From: an uncultured Verrucomicrobiae bacterium
GTDB taxonomy: Bacteria; Verrucomicrobiota; Verrucomicrobiia; Chthoniobacterales; Terrimicrobiaceae
Assembly: GCA_963706955.1 (NCBI GenBank)
Contig: CAVPOC010000003.1
Location: forward strand, 672,001-736,000
Length of the DNA: 64,000 bases
Reading direction: 5' to 3'
Below the pieces are notes generated by a model. The model did no database searches. It was not told the DNA's origin and saw only the letters and a list, made by a program, of their open reading frames with translations. Below are positions 10,433 to 20,581 of the stretch, piece after piece (position 1 is the first letter of the stretch; each line of letters begins with the position of its first letter). The position numbers and the translations under genes were made by a program.

Positions 10433-12349
10433 TTAGCGTTTCTGATTTTCTTTTCCGCGAAGGTAGGCAGCCCGGGCGTTCCGCACGGATTCACTGGGAG
10501 ACTCCTCCGGGACGGCGACCTCCCACCACCAGCCACCTTCCTTGGTTGTCCGCGTATCATCGGTGTCGATACAGATAAGGTAGGTGCGCTTGGCGGCTCG
10601 CGCCCGCTGGAGAGCGGCCTCGAGCTCGGGGATATTGGCCACCTTCTCGGAGAGCGCGCCCAACGAAGCCGCATTCGCGGCGAAATCGATATTCGGCGCC
10701 CCGTCACCATACTGGAGGCAGTCCTCCCACATGTTGTTGAAAGGTTTGCTTCCGCAATGTTGCTGAAGGCGATTGATGCAGCCGTAACCGCGATTATCCA
10801 GGAGCACAATGACCAGCTTCTTGTCGAGCATCACGGACGTCGCGATCTCATTGTTCAGCATTAGATAACTGCCGTCGCCCACCATAACGATAACTTCGCG
10901 ATCCGGTCGGGCCATCTTGACCCCCAAGCCACCCGCGATCTCGTAACCCATCGTGGAATAGCCATACTCCATATGATAGCCGCCGGGCGTCGAGGTGCGC
11001 CAAAGCTTGTGAAGCTCGGCGGGAAGCGTCCCCGCAGCGCAAACCGCGATGTCGATGGAAGTGGATTGCGGACTCGAGCGCTGCACCGCACCAATGACCT
11101 CCCCATCATAGGGAAGCTCCCCAGCAGCGAGTTCGCGGCGCTGGGTGATCTTGTCCACGGTGGCGCGCCAGGCATCAGCCTCCTTTTTGGCGCGCTCGGT
11201 CCATTCAGCTTCCGCCTGCCAGCGCGGCAGCGATTTGCTGAGCGCTTCCAAGCCCAAACGAGCGTCCGCTTGCAAGGAAATGCCACGTGCTTTGCTCGCA
11301 TCAAAGAGATTTACATTCAGCGAGACCAGCCTCGCCTTCGGGAACAATGAGTTTGACCCGGTCGTGAAGTCTTGCAGACGGGTGCCCACAGCGATGATTA
11401 AGTCCGCTTCGCTGGTGAGAGCATTCGCCGCGGTGGATCCGGTCACGCCCACGGGGCCCAACTGGAGCGGGTGGTCCCACGGTAGCGAGCTCTTGCCTGC
11501 CTGTGTCTCCGAGACCGGCACGCCGTGCCGTTCGGAAAACTCACGCAGCGCTTCGCAAGCTCCGCCATAGAGAACCCCGCCGCCAGCAATGATCACTGGC
11601 CGCTTTGCCGCGATGACCGCGCGCGTCGCCGCCGCCAGTTCGATTTCGCTGGGTGCCACCGCTCGAAATTCCACCACCGGAGTCTCGAAAAATTCGGCCG
11701 GATAGTCGAAGGCGTCCGCCTGCACATCTTGTGGCAGCGCGAGGGTCACCGGCCCGCAGAGCGCCGGGTCGGTAAGCGTCAGCACCGCTCGTGGAAGGGC
11801 CGTGAGCAATTGGGAAGGATGAACAATCCGATCGAAATAGCGCGAAACCGGTCGGAAACAATCGTTAGCGGAGATCGTCCCGTCCCCCGACGATTCTACC
11901 TGCTGAAGGACCGGATCCGGGTCTCTAGAAATAAAGATATCCCCAGGAAGCAATAGAACCGGGAGCCGATTAACGTGCGCCAGCGCCGCGGAAGTGAGAA
12001 GATTGGTGGCTCCGGGTCCGATGGAAGTCGAGCAGGCCATCATCCTACGTCGAAAGTGCGCTTTCGCGTAAGCGATCGCAGCGTTCGCCATCGCCTGTTC
12101 ATTGTGTGCGCGATAGGTCGGCAGCTTGTCACGATATTGGTAAAGTGCCTCTCCAAGCCCAGCCACATTGCCGTGTCCAAAAATCGCGAAGACCCCCCCG
12201 AAGAGCGGGACGACCTCATCGCCTCCAGGCCCTTCGACTCGCGTGCGCAGGCCGGACAAATAGCGGACCAGGGCCTGCGCCGTGGTCAGGCGCACCGTGC
12301 CGCGTTTGGCGATACTCGGGTTCTCTGCGACAGTCATCGTCTCATTCAT
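10433..12349 (-). CDS. iolD: 3D-(3,5/4)-trihydroxycyclohexane-1,2-dione acylhydrolase (TPP-dependent)
   Basis: RLTTAQALVRYL, IFGHGNVAGLG, HNEQAMA, PDPVLQQ, YHMEYGYSTMGYE, GDGSYLM, WWEVAVPE. Confidence 0.95.
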   Translation of the reverse strand: MNETMTVAENPSIAKRGTVRLTTAQALVRYLSGLRTRVEGPGGDEVVPLFGGVFAIFGHGNVAGLGEALYQYRDKLPTYRAHNEQAMANAAIAYAKAHFRRRMMACSTSIGPGATNLLTSAALAHVNRLPVLLLPGDIFISRDPDPVLQQVESSGDGTISANDCFRPVSRYFDRIVHPSQLLTALPRAVLTLTDPALCGPVTLALPQDVQADAFDYPAEFFETPVVEFRAVAPSEIELAAATRAVIAAKRPVIIAGGGVLYGGACEALREFSERHGVPVSETQAGKSSLPWDHPLQLGPVGVTGSTAANALTSEADLIIAVGTRLQDFTTGSNSLFPKARLVSLNVNLFDASKARGISLQADARLGLEALSKSLPRWQAEAEWTERAKKEADAWRATVDKITQRRELAAGELPYDGEVIGAVQRSSPQSTSIDIAVCAAGTLPAELHKLWRTSTPGGYHMEYGYSTMGYEIAGGLGVKMARPDREVIVMVGDGSYLMLNNEIATSVMLDKKLVIVLLDNRGYGCINRLQQHCGSKPFNNMWEDCLQYGDGAPNIDFAANAASLGALSEKVANIPELEAALQRARAAKRTYLICIDTDDTRTTKEGGWWWEVAVPEESPSESVRNARAAYLRGKENQKR

Positions 12350-14340
12350 ACTGCATACTCCTCAATAATCGGGCTGGTTGTCCTGGCTGGCCCGGTGCTT
12401 TCCTCCCGTGCCTTCCGCCAGAGATTGATTAAGCTCTCGAAAGTTTCTCGCGTACGCTCGATTACGGTCTTGTCGTCGATCTCCCCGGCGAGCCACGCAA
12501 AGCTCGGTTTCTCAAAGATGGTCCGTCCGACGGCAAAGCCGCGGCAAGTTTTTGACCCTGCTGCCTGCCTGAACCCTTCCGCCAGGCGTTCGACCGGCGC
12601 GCTCAAGCCAAGCAGAAGCACTCCGCGACAGTACGGATCGCGCTGGGTGATCACCTCGTCGATGAACCGCCACTGGTCACCGCTCATGGATTCAAGCTTC
12701 CACCATTCCGGTTTGATGCCGAGATCGTAAAATCGATCAAGCGAGCGGTAAACGGTGTCAGGTTGCACTCGATCTTTGGGGGGGATCACCTCCAGTAATA
12801 ACTCATGCCCGCTCACTCGCGTGGCTTCAAAGAGCGCTTGCACTTGGGCCTCCTGCTCGAGACGGTGCTCGGCCGGATCATCCGGATGATAAAAAACGAG
12901 GCACTTGGCGACATGCTCATGGGGCCAGGAAATTAGGGTGGTCCCGATGGAGCGACCATGTTCGAACTTGAGCGGGTTGGAGCCCGGGAGCTCCACGGGG
13001 CGCCCGATCCACCAGCCTCGTCCAGTGGCTGCATTGAGCGCATCCTGACCGTAGGTTTCGTCCGCAAGGATGCCAAGCTTGCCCGCATACTCGGGCCTCT
13101 CCTGCTCGACCGAGGCGACAGCTTGCACGAGCAATTCCTTGAGCTTCGGAATTCGTTGCTCCTCCACGCCGGCCTTGCGCGCCAAATCTGCAAGCTGGCT
13201 ACGATGATCGAAGGCAAAAATGTAAAGCTCCTCCCAGCGTGGGCGTGGCACCGATACACGATGCAGATGGGTCAGCATCGGGTCACGGTCCGGCCGGCGC
13301 ACCCGCTCGGGCTCCTCGGCGGCCCTCTTGAGAAAGCAGTCAAGCTCGACGGCTGTCGGCATCGCCGGAGCACAACCATGCCGGGAGACGACCAGGGCGC
13401 CGCTGCCATTGCCGCGGGCAGCGCATTCTTCGTAATCCTTGCTCCGAAGCCACCCGCTCAGAAAACCGGATATAAAGGCGTCACCGGCCCCGAGCACATT
13501 GAGCACTTCCACCTGAACGCCGGCAAAAGTCGGTGCCTCATCGATAGAGGCAGGAACGTCACCTTCGATGACCGAGCAACCGAGGACCCCGCGCTTGACG
13601 ACCAGAGTCGCTTCGGTCACTTGGCGCACCGCTCGCAGCGTCGCAATGAGGTCCTGTTGCCCGCCCGCTATCTCGAATTCTTCGACCGTCCCAACCACCA
13701 AATCAAAGAGCGGCAGGATGCCTTTTAAATGTTTGGTTACTCCCTCGCTGGAGACATAGCGCACCTCCCCCTCAGCCTTGCCGGTAAGTCCCCAGAGCAC
13801 CGGCCGGTAATCGATGTCCAAAATCGTGCGGACGTCATTGCGTCGGGCATACTCCAGCGCCTGCCGACTTGCCTTGTCCACTTGCGCAGTGGAGAAATGC
13901 GTCCCGGTGATCAGGAGCGCTTTGCTCGACGCGATGAAGGATTCGTCAAAGTCACTCGGGTCGAGGGCCATGTCCGCGCAGTTCTCGCGGTAGAAAACCA
14001 AAGGGAAGCTCTCCCGGTCCTTGAGCCCAAGCAAGACCAGCGCCGTCAGACGCTTTTCGTCCTTGACCACATGGCTGACATCGCAGCCCTCCCGCGCCAG
14101 GGTCTCGATCAGTGAACGTCCCATGTGATCGTCGCCCACGCGCGTGAGCATGGCAGACTTCAAGCCGAGCCGGGCACAGTTGCAGGCGATATTCCCGGAT
14201 GAGCCCCCAAGATACTTGGAGAAAGTGCTCACGTCCTCCAGACGCGCACCGATCTGCTGCGCATAGAGATCGACCGCCAGGCGGCCAAGGCAAATAACAT
14301 CAAGCTCGCGTCCTGAGGCGAAGGGGGTGGAATTCTTCAT
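12346..14340 (-). CDS. iolC: 5-dehydro-2-deoxygluconokinase fused to a DUF2090 (aldolase-like) domain
   Basis: VDLYAQQIGARLED, YLGGSSGN, DIDYRPVLW, NVLGAGDAF; C-terminal FAFDHR and GFAVGRTIF. Confidence 0.93.
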   Translation of the reverse strand: MKNSTPFASGRELDVICLGRLAVDLYAQQIGARLEDVSTFSKYLGGSSGNIACNCARLGLKSAMLTRVGDDHMGRSLIETLAREGCDVSHVVKDEKRLTALVLLGLKDRESFPLVFYRENCADMALDPSDFDESFIASSKALLITGTHFSTAQVDKASRQALEYARRNDVRTILDIDYRPVLWGLTGKAEGEVRYVSSEGVTKHLKGILPLFDLVVGTVEEFEIAGGQQDLIATLRAVRQVTEATLVVKRGVLGCSVIEGDVPASIDEAPTFAGVQVEVLNVLGAGDAFISGFLSGWLRSKDYEECAARGNGSGALVVSRHGCAPAMPTAVELDCFLKRAAEEPERVRRPDRDPMLTHLHRVSVPRPRWEELYIFAFDHRSQLADLARKAGVEEQRIPKLKELLVQAVASVEQERPEYAGKLGILADETYGQDALNAATGRGWWIGRPVELPGSNPLKFEHGRSIGTTLISWPHEHVAKCLVFYHPDDPAEHRLEQEAQVQALFEATRVSGHELLLEVIPPKDRVQPDTVYRSLDRFYDLGIKPEWWKLESMSGDQWRFIDEVITQRDPYCRGVLLLGLSAPVERLAEGFRQAAGSKTCRGFAVGRTIFEKPSFAWLAGEIDDKTVIERTRETFESLINLWRKAREESTGPARTTSPIIEEYAV

Positions 14341-14587
14341 TGCTGAAACTGTTTGGAGCACTGCTCTCTAAAGCTCGCCAGGGCACGCGTGCTTTCCACC
14401 AAGAGGTGGCTTCTCCAAGCTCCCCATGTTCGCCGCGTCCAAGAAAGTGCGCAAGCCTCTAGATGCGTGAAAACGCATTCGCGATCGCCATTCTGAGGGC
14501 CCAAGGTGCAACTCTTCATCAAGGTGAGAGCAGCAAAATACCGTCTGTCGCGCTGAATGCAACAAAAATTGTAAGAAGTTTAATATT

Positions 14588-14603
14588 TAGAATTTTATTT
14601 CTA
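14588..14603. promoter_or_regulatory. Putative IolR operator
   Basis: Palindrome TAGAA-N6-TTCTA in the AT-rich divergent intergenic region; same shape as the GGAA-N6-TTCC IolR box of proteobacteria. Confidence 0.5.
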
Positions 14604-14652
14604 TTTTGCTTGGATTTCTTTCCCCAGGTGGCATAGCCTCTTAGTAAAGCAA

Positions 14653-15516
14653 ATGGCCCAGCTGACTGTTGATCAACTTATTGAGAAGATTGCAGCAGCT
14701 TACGACTCCTTGCCCCGGCAGTTGAAAAGAATTGCGACCTACATCGAGCAACATCGTGGAAGAGTCATGATGGACCGGGTGGGCGACATTGCCCAAACCT
14801 GTAACGTCCACCCTTCGGCGGTGGTGCGCTTTGCAAAGCGCTTCGGTTATTCAGGTTTCAGCGAACTCCAAGCGATCTTTCGGCGCGCTTACACCGAGCA
14901 GGTGGCGCCGGTTCAGAGTTATCAGCAGCGGGTCCGCAAGCTGATCAAGAGCAATCGGGGGCGGCTGCGTGGGTCAGAGATCGCCCGCGAGTTCATCGAC
15001 GGGAGTCGGCAGGGCTTGGAGGCGCTGGCCGCCGGGCTTGAGGCCAATGCTTTTGATGAGGCGTTGGAGCTGCTCGTCAAGGCGAAGACGATTTACATCG
15101 CCGGGGTGCGTCGTTCGTTTGCCCCGGCCTCCTATCTCGCTTACGCCCTACAGCACACTCGCAAGCAGGTAATCCTTGCGTCAGGGCTGGGAGGAATGTA
15201 TCGCGAGCAGATCAGTAGCATCCGCAAGGGAGATGCACTGGTCGCAATTAGTTTCCTTCCATACGGAAAAGAGACCCAGTATTGCGCGCGCATGGCCAGT
15301 CACAACAAGGCCGGGGCGCTCGTGATTACCGACAGTCAGTTGTCACCGCTGGCACGTTTTGCGAGCGTGCTCCTTCTCGTCAAGGAAGGCGATGCCTTTG
15401 GTTTTCGTTCTTTAACGAACACCATGTGCCTATGTCAGGCGCTGTTTATTTCTTTAGCTTACAAGCTCGAACTTAACCTGGAACAAACCGCGGATGATCC
15501 CAGCGAGGTGCCGTAA
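14653..15516 (+). CDS. iolR: RpiR/MurR family regulator of the iol genes
   Basis: HTH VHPSAVVRFAKRFGYSGFSELQ plus SIS domain; divergent from the iol operon. Confidence 0.85.
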   Translation: MAQLTVDQLIEKIAAAYDSLPRQLKRIATYIEQHRGRVMMDRVGDIAQTCNVHPSAVVRFAKRFGYSGFSELQAIFRRAYTEQVAPVQSYQQRVRKLIKSNRGRLRGSEIAREFIDGSRQGLEALAAGLEANAFDEALELLVKAKTIYIAGVRRSFAPASYLAYALQHTRKQVILASGLGGMYREQISSIRKGDALVAISFLPYGKETQYCARMASHNKAGALVITDSQLSPLARFASVLLLVKEGDAFGFRSLTNTMCLCQALFISLAYKLELNLEQTADDPSEVP

Positions 15517-15540
15517 GCGGTCCGCGCCGGGCGATCGGTA

Positions 15541-16437
15541 ATGTTTACTTCTTGGCCACTGCTGGCGGTATTCGGATGCGCGGTCGTTTACACGATCGGT
15601 GCGCTTTCCGCTAAACGTGCTCTGAGTGCAGGCGCCACCGTCTGGCAGGTCAATTTCGCCGCGAACATGGCGATGTCGATTCTGTTTTTGCCCTTCTGGT
15701 TTGGCGCGGATGTCACCAGGATGTTAACCGATAGCTACAAGCCGATTCTGGCTGCGGGAGCATTCTTTACCGGCCAACTTTTTACCTTTGCAGCCCTCCG
15801 CCAAGGAGACGTCTCCGTAGCGACCCCCCTGCTGGGAGCAAAAGTTATCTTCGTTGCTTTCATTACCAGCTTTCTCTTCGGAGACCCTGTCGGCGTGAAA
15901 TGGTGGGTAGCCGCGGCGATTAGCACCTGCGGGATTTTCCTGGTCACCGGCGCACAGCCCCGAACCGAAGCTTGGAGGCGCCATTCCGCAAAGACCGCCC
16001 TCTATTCGCTGATTGCGGCTCTCGCCTTTGCTCTCACTGATACCCTTATCCAGCACTGGGCTGTCGAGATGGGAGTGATCACCTTCGTCGCGGTGATGTT
16101 CTCGTTTGTGGGCATACTTACGTGTTGCCTCTATGTGCCGGCCGTGGGCTTCCGTCAGCTAGTCAATTCGCCCCGAATTGCTCGCCAAGCGCTGGTGTTC
16201 GGCGCGTTGATTCTCGGTGCGCAAAACCTGGTTATGGCGGTGGCGATCCGATTCTCCGGCGACGCCACCGCGGTGAACATCGTCTACAGTTCGCGATGTG
16301 TTCTCAGCGTCGTCCTCGCATGGGCGACGGCGCGATGGCTCGGCAGCCGAGAAGCGACGCTACCACGACGCGTCCTATTTCTTCGCCTCGGTGGGGCGCT
16401 GCTCTTGGCAGGCGCGATCGTCATGGTCATGCTTTAG
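15541..16437 (+). CDS. DMT/EamA family transporter
   Basis: About 10 hydrophobic segments; ALRQGDVSVATPLLG motif. Confidence 0.8.
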   Translation: MFTSWPLLAVFGCAVVYTIGALSAKRALSAGATVWQVNFAANMAMSILFLPFWFGADVTRMLTDSYKPILAAGAFFTGQLFTFAALRQGDVSVATPLLGAKVIFVAFITSFLFGDPVGVKWWVAAAISTCGIFLVTGAQPRTEAWRRHSAKTALYSLIAALAFALTDTLIQHWAVEMGVITFVAVMFSFVGILTCCLYVPAVGFRQLVNSPRIARQALVFGALILGAQNLVMAVAIRFSGDATAVNIVYSSRCVLSVVLAWATARWLGSREATLPRRVLFLRLGGALLLAGAIVMVML

Positions 16438-16618
16438 AGTTGGTCAAGCCAAACGAGGGCTAGACTGATTGCATAACAACGGTCTCCTTTTATCTGAGTA
16501 ACTGGAGGCGAGTCGGATCCGGGCGAGCTTTTGAGGGAATGGTCTGGGGGAGCATACGCGTCCCGCGCGTGGTGTTCGACGGCTCGCCGATCAGAGGTTT
16601 TCCGGCGCGGGCTGCCGG

Positions 16619-19372
16619 CTACGAAGCAAGCGGTCTGTCGATTAAGACTTTGCCGCTTAGGAATTCTTTGGATTTTTCGCTAATGGTTTTCTCTGGATCT
16701 TCTCCAAGAAAGAGATTGGCAAAGTCATCGAACTCGACCTCGCCAGGAGGCCAAAAGATCCCGCGACTGATCCGCTCGGCCACCATCTCGGCGTGGGCCT
16801 TCGCCGAGGTGAATAAAGCTTCGTCGAGGATGAGCTGGTCGATGCCACTTTCCTCGATCCGTTCGGGCAACAGGAAATATCCGACGAGTGGCGGAAGCGG
16901 CTCGCCGGGCCAGAGGAACTCCGCGAGCGCGCGGTACAAAGGAAGCTGCAAGTCACGCCACTGAACCATTTCCCGAGCCCCAGAGGTGGCATCGAAGTGC
17001 ATGCTTCTGGCTGACTTGCGTTTGGCGGAGGTCTTGTAATCGAGAATTCTCCGCTGGCCGGTCTCCTCGTGAACATCCACTCGGTCAAGCGCACCTACAA
17101 TCGGCAGGCCCGCGAGGTGAAGGGTCTTCTCTTCCTCGAATCGCAGTTCTCCATGGCGAATGCGCCAGCCGGCGCGGCGCTCTGGAGCCTGAATCCTGGC
17201 AAACTGGCGGAGTCGCGCCCGCAACCCCTCCTGTTGAACGCGCAACGGCAATGAAAGCCGCCGCCCGAACCGGTTCAAGAAAATGGCATCAAGCTCGGTG
17301 AGAACATAGTCTTCAATCTCGCGAAAATCTGAACTGTCGCGAATCGCTTCTTCTCGGGCGAAAGCTTCCAGCGTCTCGTGAAACACGTTCCCAAAGTCGA
17401 GGGCATCCATTTCAACCTTTGGTGACTCGAACCTTCTCATACCCAAAACGTGCTTGAGGTAAAACCGTAGGGGGCACTGGAGGTAATCGCGGAACGCTGT
17501 TACTCGAAGGCTACTCGGTGGCGGACGGGCTGGAATTTGCAGAGGCCATGCCCGTTCGCGGGCTTTGGAGGTGTGCAACGGAGCAATTGGCTCAAAGACC
17601 TTGCGGATGCGGGCAATCAACTCGGCATCAGAACAGCGGAAGAGCAAACGGGAGGGTTTGGCAGGCTCTCCGTCCGCTCCTACTCGACACAACGTCAACT
17701 TTACGGTGCCCGGCGGACGCGCCGCGAGAAGACAGTGCAGAACGTATGTATCGCGCGCGAATCGCTCGAGGTTATTGTGGAGACGCCAGTTCCCCCGCAC
17801 GGAATCCGGAACAAATGGATGGCCGGCGATTCGCGTGGGCAGCGCGCCTTCAGTGCACCCCGAGATAATCAAGGAAGGATTCGGCAGCCACTGTGCCTCG
17901 AGCCATCCATTCAAGTCGATGTCGCCCTCATCATGCGGCTCGAACACGGCCAGATTCTTCATTTCCTCGCAAAAAATCTGCTCGGCAAGACCTGGCTGGC
18001 CGAGTGGAGAATCCAGGACCGTATTCAGAAGGCTCGCCAGCGCAGCCAGCGCCTCCCCCTCGGCGGAACCCGCAGCCACCTCTCTCCCGGAATAGGCGGT
18101 TCGAAGAAATTCAGGCAAACCCGCGAGTGATCCGGACGCGCCGAATGTTCGCCTGAGCTTCTCCACCGCGGCGATCAGGCCCCTCGTCGACGAAGCACTG
18201 GAGCCGCCTTCGTTGATAAACGCGGCCGCGTCATCCAAGGTCTCGACCAAAATCTTCGTCTGCAACTCGTCGAGAGCTGAAAGGACGGCGCTGGGAGACT
18301 GATGCGATTCGCGACAGAGCAGGCGCAGGAAAACGGGATGCTCCGCGAGAGTTCGAAGTTCACTGACCCGACCATTCGAAGCGAAGGCCAGCCAAAGTCT
18401 CGCCAAGGTCGCACACTCGAAGGGCGCCAACGATTTGCCTGCGGGATCGTAGGGTCTCAGACTCCGCTTGCGCATCGCGCGTAGGTGAAAAGGAACGAGT
18501 TCAGAATCGGCGACGCAAACCCCAACGGCAGCTGACCCAATCAAACGGGCAACAATCTGCGCCTCCGACACCGGGTCGGCGGCGACCACAAAGTCTTCGA
18601 GACGCAGCGGAAGGAATCTCTGCGACCAGGCTTTCGGGTCCGGCCTCCCCCAAGCATCGAACTCTTCCAGTTCGCAATCCGGCGCGTCGATCAAGACGGT
18701 GACCGCAACCCCCGCGGACTCAAGAATGAGCAGATAGGATTCCGTTATCGGGTTGAGGTCTGGCACTCCTGCGACAATCACGTGCCCAATGTTTTCCGGA
18801 ACGATCCCCATTTTCGCCACCCTGATGTGTGCAGCGTCGGAGTCCTCCAATCCGGCAGCGGCCAGGCGATTCAGGTATTGTTCATACAGGGCTTTCAGCT
18901 CCTTCCATCGATCCTCCTGAGGAGATGAGACGCATCGGGCGTGGGCGGAAACAGGGGTGAGCCCTGCCTCAGCCAACAGGGCGCAAAGCTCTCGCAACGA
19001 CTGCCCGATTCGGGATGCCAAAGCGCGATGGTCGGAAAAACCCGAGAGGAGCAGGGGAAAGCTTTCGGCGGCGACTTCGGAGATCACCTGGGTCCACGCT
19101 AACAGTGCATCAAGGCGCCCGGCAATCTTGTCACCGGCGGCGCGCTGGAGCAACCCCATTGGCGTCACCACAATTGGTGAAAGCAAACCTTTTCCGCGCT
19201 CGGCTGCCAATCGCACCAGTTCCGCCCGAAGACGCCGCCCGGAACCGGAAGTGGGCACGAGCAGCGCACAATGACTGAGATCGAGCGGCCGCTGCCCCGA
19301 CCGGGTGATCAACCACCTGGCGGCCTTGAAGATTAGCGGCTCTCGATCCGATAGAAGAATTTTCTGCGGCAT
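16619..19372 (-). CDS. AddB/RexB-like protein with C-terminal PD-(D/E)XK nuclease
   Basis: LLVPTSGSGRRL near the N-terminus; VTAFRDYLQCPLRFYL, FGNVFHETLE, GALDRVD...ILDYKT, DLQLPLY. Confidence 0.8.
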   Translation of the reverse strand: MPQKILLSDREPLIFKAARWLITRSGQRPLDLSHCALLVPTSGSGRRLRAELVRLAAERGKGLLSPIVVTPMGLLQRAAGDKIAGRLDALLAWTQVISEVAAESFPLLLSGFSDHRALASRIGQSLRELCALLAEAGLTPVSAHARCVSSPQEDRWKELKALYEQYLNRLAAAGLEDSDAAHIRVAKMGIVPENIGHVIVAGVPDLNPITESYLLILESAGVAVTVLIDAPDCELEEFDAWGRPDPKAWSQRFLPLRLEDFVVAADPVSEAQIVARLIGSAAVGVCVADSELVPFHLRAMRKRSLRPYDPAGKSLAPFECATLARLWLAFASNGRVSELRTLAEHPVFLRLLCRESHQSPSAVLSALDELQTKILVETLDDAAAFINEGGSSASSTRGLIAAVEKLRRTFGASGSLAGLPEFLRTAYSGREVAAGSAEGEALAALASLLNTVLDSPLGQPGLAEQIFCEEMKNLAVFEPHDEGDIDLNGWLEAQWLPNPSLIISGCTEGALPTRIAGHPFVPDSVRGNWRLHNNLERFARDTYVLHCLLAARPPGTVKLTLCRVGADGEPAKPSRLLFRCSDAELIARIRKVFEPIAPLHTSKARERAWPLQIPARPPPSSLRVTAFRDYLQCPLRFYLKHVLGMRRFESPKVEMDALDFGNVFHETLEAFAREEAIRDSSDFREIEDYVLTELDAIFLNRFGRRLSLPLRVQQEGLRARLRQFARIQAPERRAGWRIRHGELRFEEEKTLHLAGLPIVGALDRVDVHEETGQRRILDYKTSAKRKSARSMHFDATSGAREMVQWRDLQLPLYRALAEFLWPGEPLPPLVGYFLLPERIEESGIDQLILDEALFTSAKAHAEMVAERISRGIFWPPGEVEFDDFANLFLGEDPEKTISEKSKEFLSGKVLIDRPLAS

Positions 19373-19540
19373 GACGACGGCAAACTGAAGAAAAGCCCCT
19401 ACGCTGCCGCGTTCAACCTCTCGAAAAATCCCGCTGGCTGCGCCACTCTGCGGTCAGGGTTTGTAGTGCCTCTTCAAACCAGGACGTCGGACTCCCCTGG
19501 GTGCTCGACTAGCAAGCCACCGCTGGCACAGCGAATACGC

Positions 19541-20245
19541 TCAGAACTTTGTCAACTGGGGCGACGGCTGTTGTTGTCTAAGCGCGGCGCGCAGCGTGGC
19601 GATCTGCCTTTTTAGCCCGGCAGGATTGGTGGCTTTCTCCTTCTCAATGTGAGCCGCCAACGCTTTGGTTGTTTCCTTCATTTGGTCGATCGCCCTAGCC
19701 CGCAACAAGACTGCAATGTTTGAGCTTGGCGTGACCATGTTCTGGTAGCAAACAAGCGATTTCCCCTCCCACGGCTCGACCCGAAAATTACCCACGCTGT
19801 CCTTGGTCATCACCGCTCTAAGAAGCTTCCAGTCAAAGCGATACGAATTTTCATCGAGCAGTCGCAGGCTGTTGCGGACCGTATAGAATTCATCTGGAAA
19901 AATCGGCACATCGAGGCCGTAATCCACTTCCATGACGCAGGAGGAAACACGATTCGAGATCTCGGACTTGAAAACGTTGGGAACGAAGGACTTAGCTTCT
20001 TCGAAATCGAAGAAGACAGCCGCTACCTGCTCGGGCTCAGCCTCGATCGACCTGTAAATCTTAACGCGAGGCCAGGCATTGCCCTCCACATTCTCGATCA
20101 CGACCACCTGATCTCCGGCCTTCATTGAGCCCTTCTGGGATGCGCTTAGTTCGGAGAGGACCGACTCCGCAACGAGATGCGGTGTTTGGAGCAGGCAAAC
20201 TGTCAGGAGCACTGCCGCATATACGGTAAGGCGAAAAACGTTCAT
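19541..20245 (-). CDS. Exported SRPBCC/START-like domain protein
   Basis: Signal peptide; EAEPEQVAAVFFDFEEAKSFVPNV is typical of the START/cyclase fold. Confidence 0.6.
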   Translation of the reverse strand: MNVFRLTVYAAVLLTVCLLQTPHLVAESVLSELSASQKGSMKAGDQVVVIENVEGNAWPRVKIYRSIEAEPEQVAAVFFDFEEAKSFVPNVFKSEISNRVSSCVMEVDYGLDVPIFPDEFYTVRNSLRLLDENSYRFDWKLLRAVMTKDSVGNFRVEPWEGKSLVCYQNMVTPSSNIAVLLRARAIDQMKETTKALAAHIEKEKATNPAGLKRQIATLRAALRQQQPSPQLTKF

Positions 20246-20301
20246 CGGCTGCAGACTTTTAGCTGCGAGCGCTCATCTTTGCAAATCTATTAAGTGATCG
20301 T

Positions 20302-20330
20302 TTGACGCCATCGTTCGCGCTTCCTATAGT
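20302..20330 (+). promoter_or_regulatory. Sigma70-type promoter of rpsU
   Basis: TTGACG-17 nt-TATAGT; AGGTG Shine-Dalgarno before the ATG. Confidence 0.7.
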
Positions 20331-20372
20331 TTTTGGTCTTTCGCAGGAGGATTTTGGAAAGTAGGTGAAGAT

Positions 20373-20576
20373 ATGCCGGAAGTGATCGTTCGCAAAGGAG
20401 AGCCGATTGATCGGGCTTTAAAACGCCTGAAGTCGAAGCTCGATGCAGAGGGCATCCTTGATGAGGTTCGCAGACTGCGGGCGTTCGAGACGCCTACTCA
20501 AAAGGCACGCCGCAAGGCAAAAAACAATGCCAAGCGCTCGAAGATGAAGATCCGCTTTAGTCTCAACTTGCCCTAA
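20373..20576 (+). CDS. rpsU: 30S ribosomal protein S21
   Basis: MPEVIVRKGEPIDRALKRLK...RRLRAFETPTQKARRK. Confidence 0.95.
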   Translation: MPEVIVRKGEPIDRALKRLKSKLDAEGILDEVRRLRAFETPTQKARRKAKNNAKRSKMKIRFSLNLP

Positions 20577-20581
20577 GCCTT

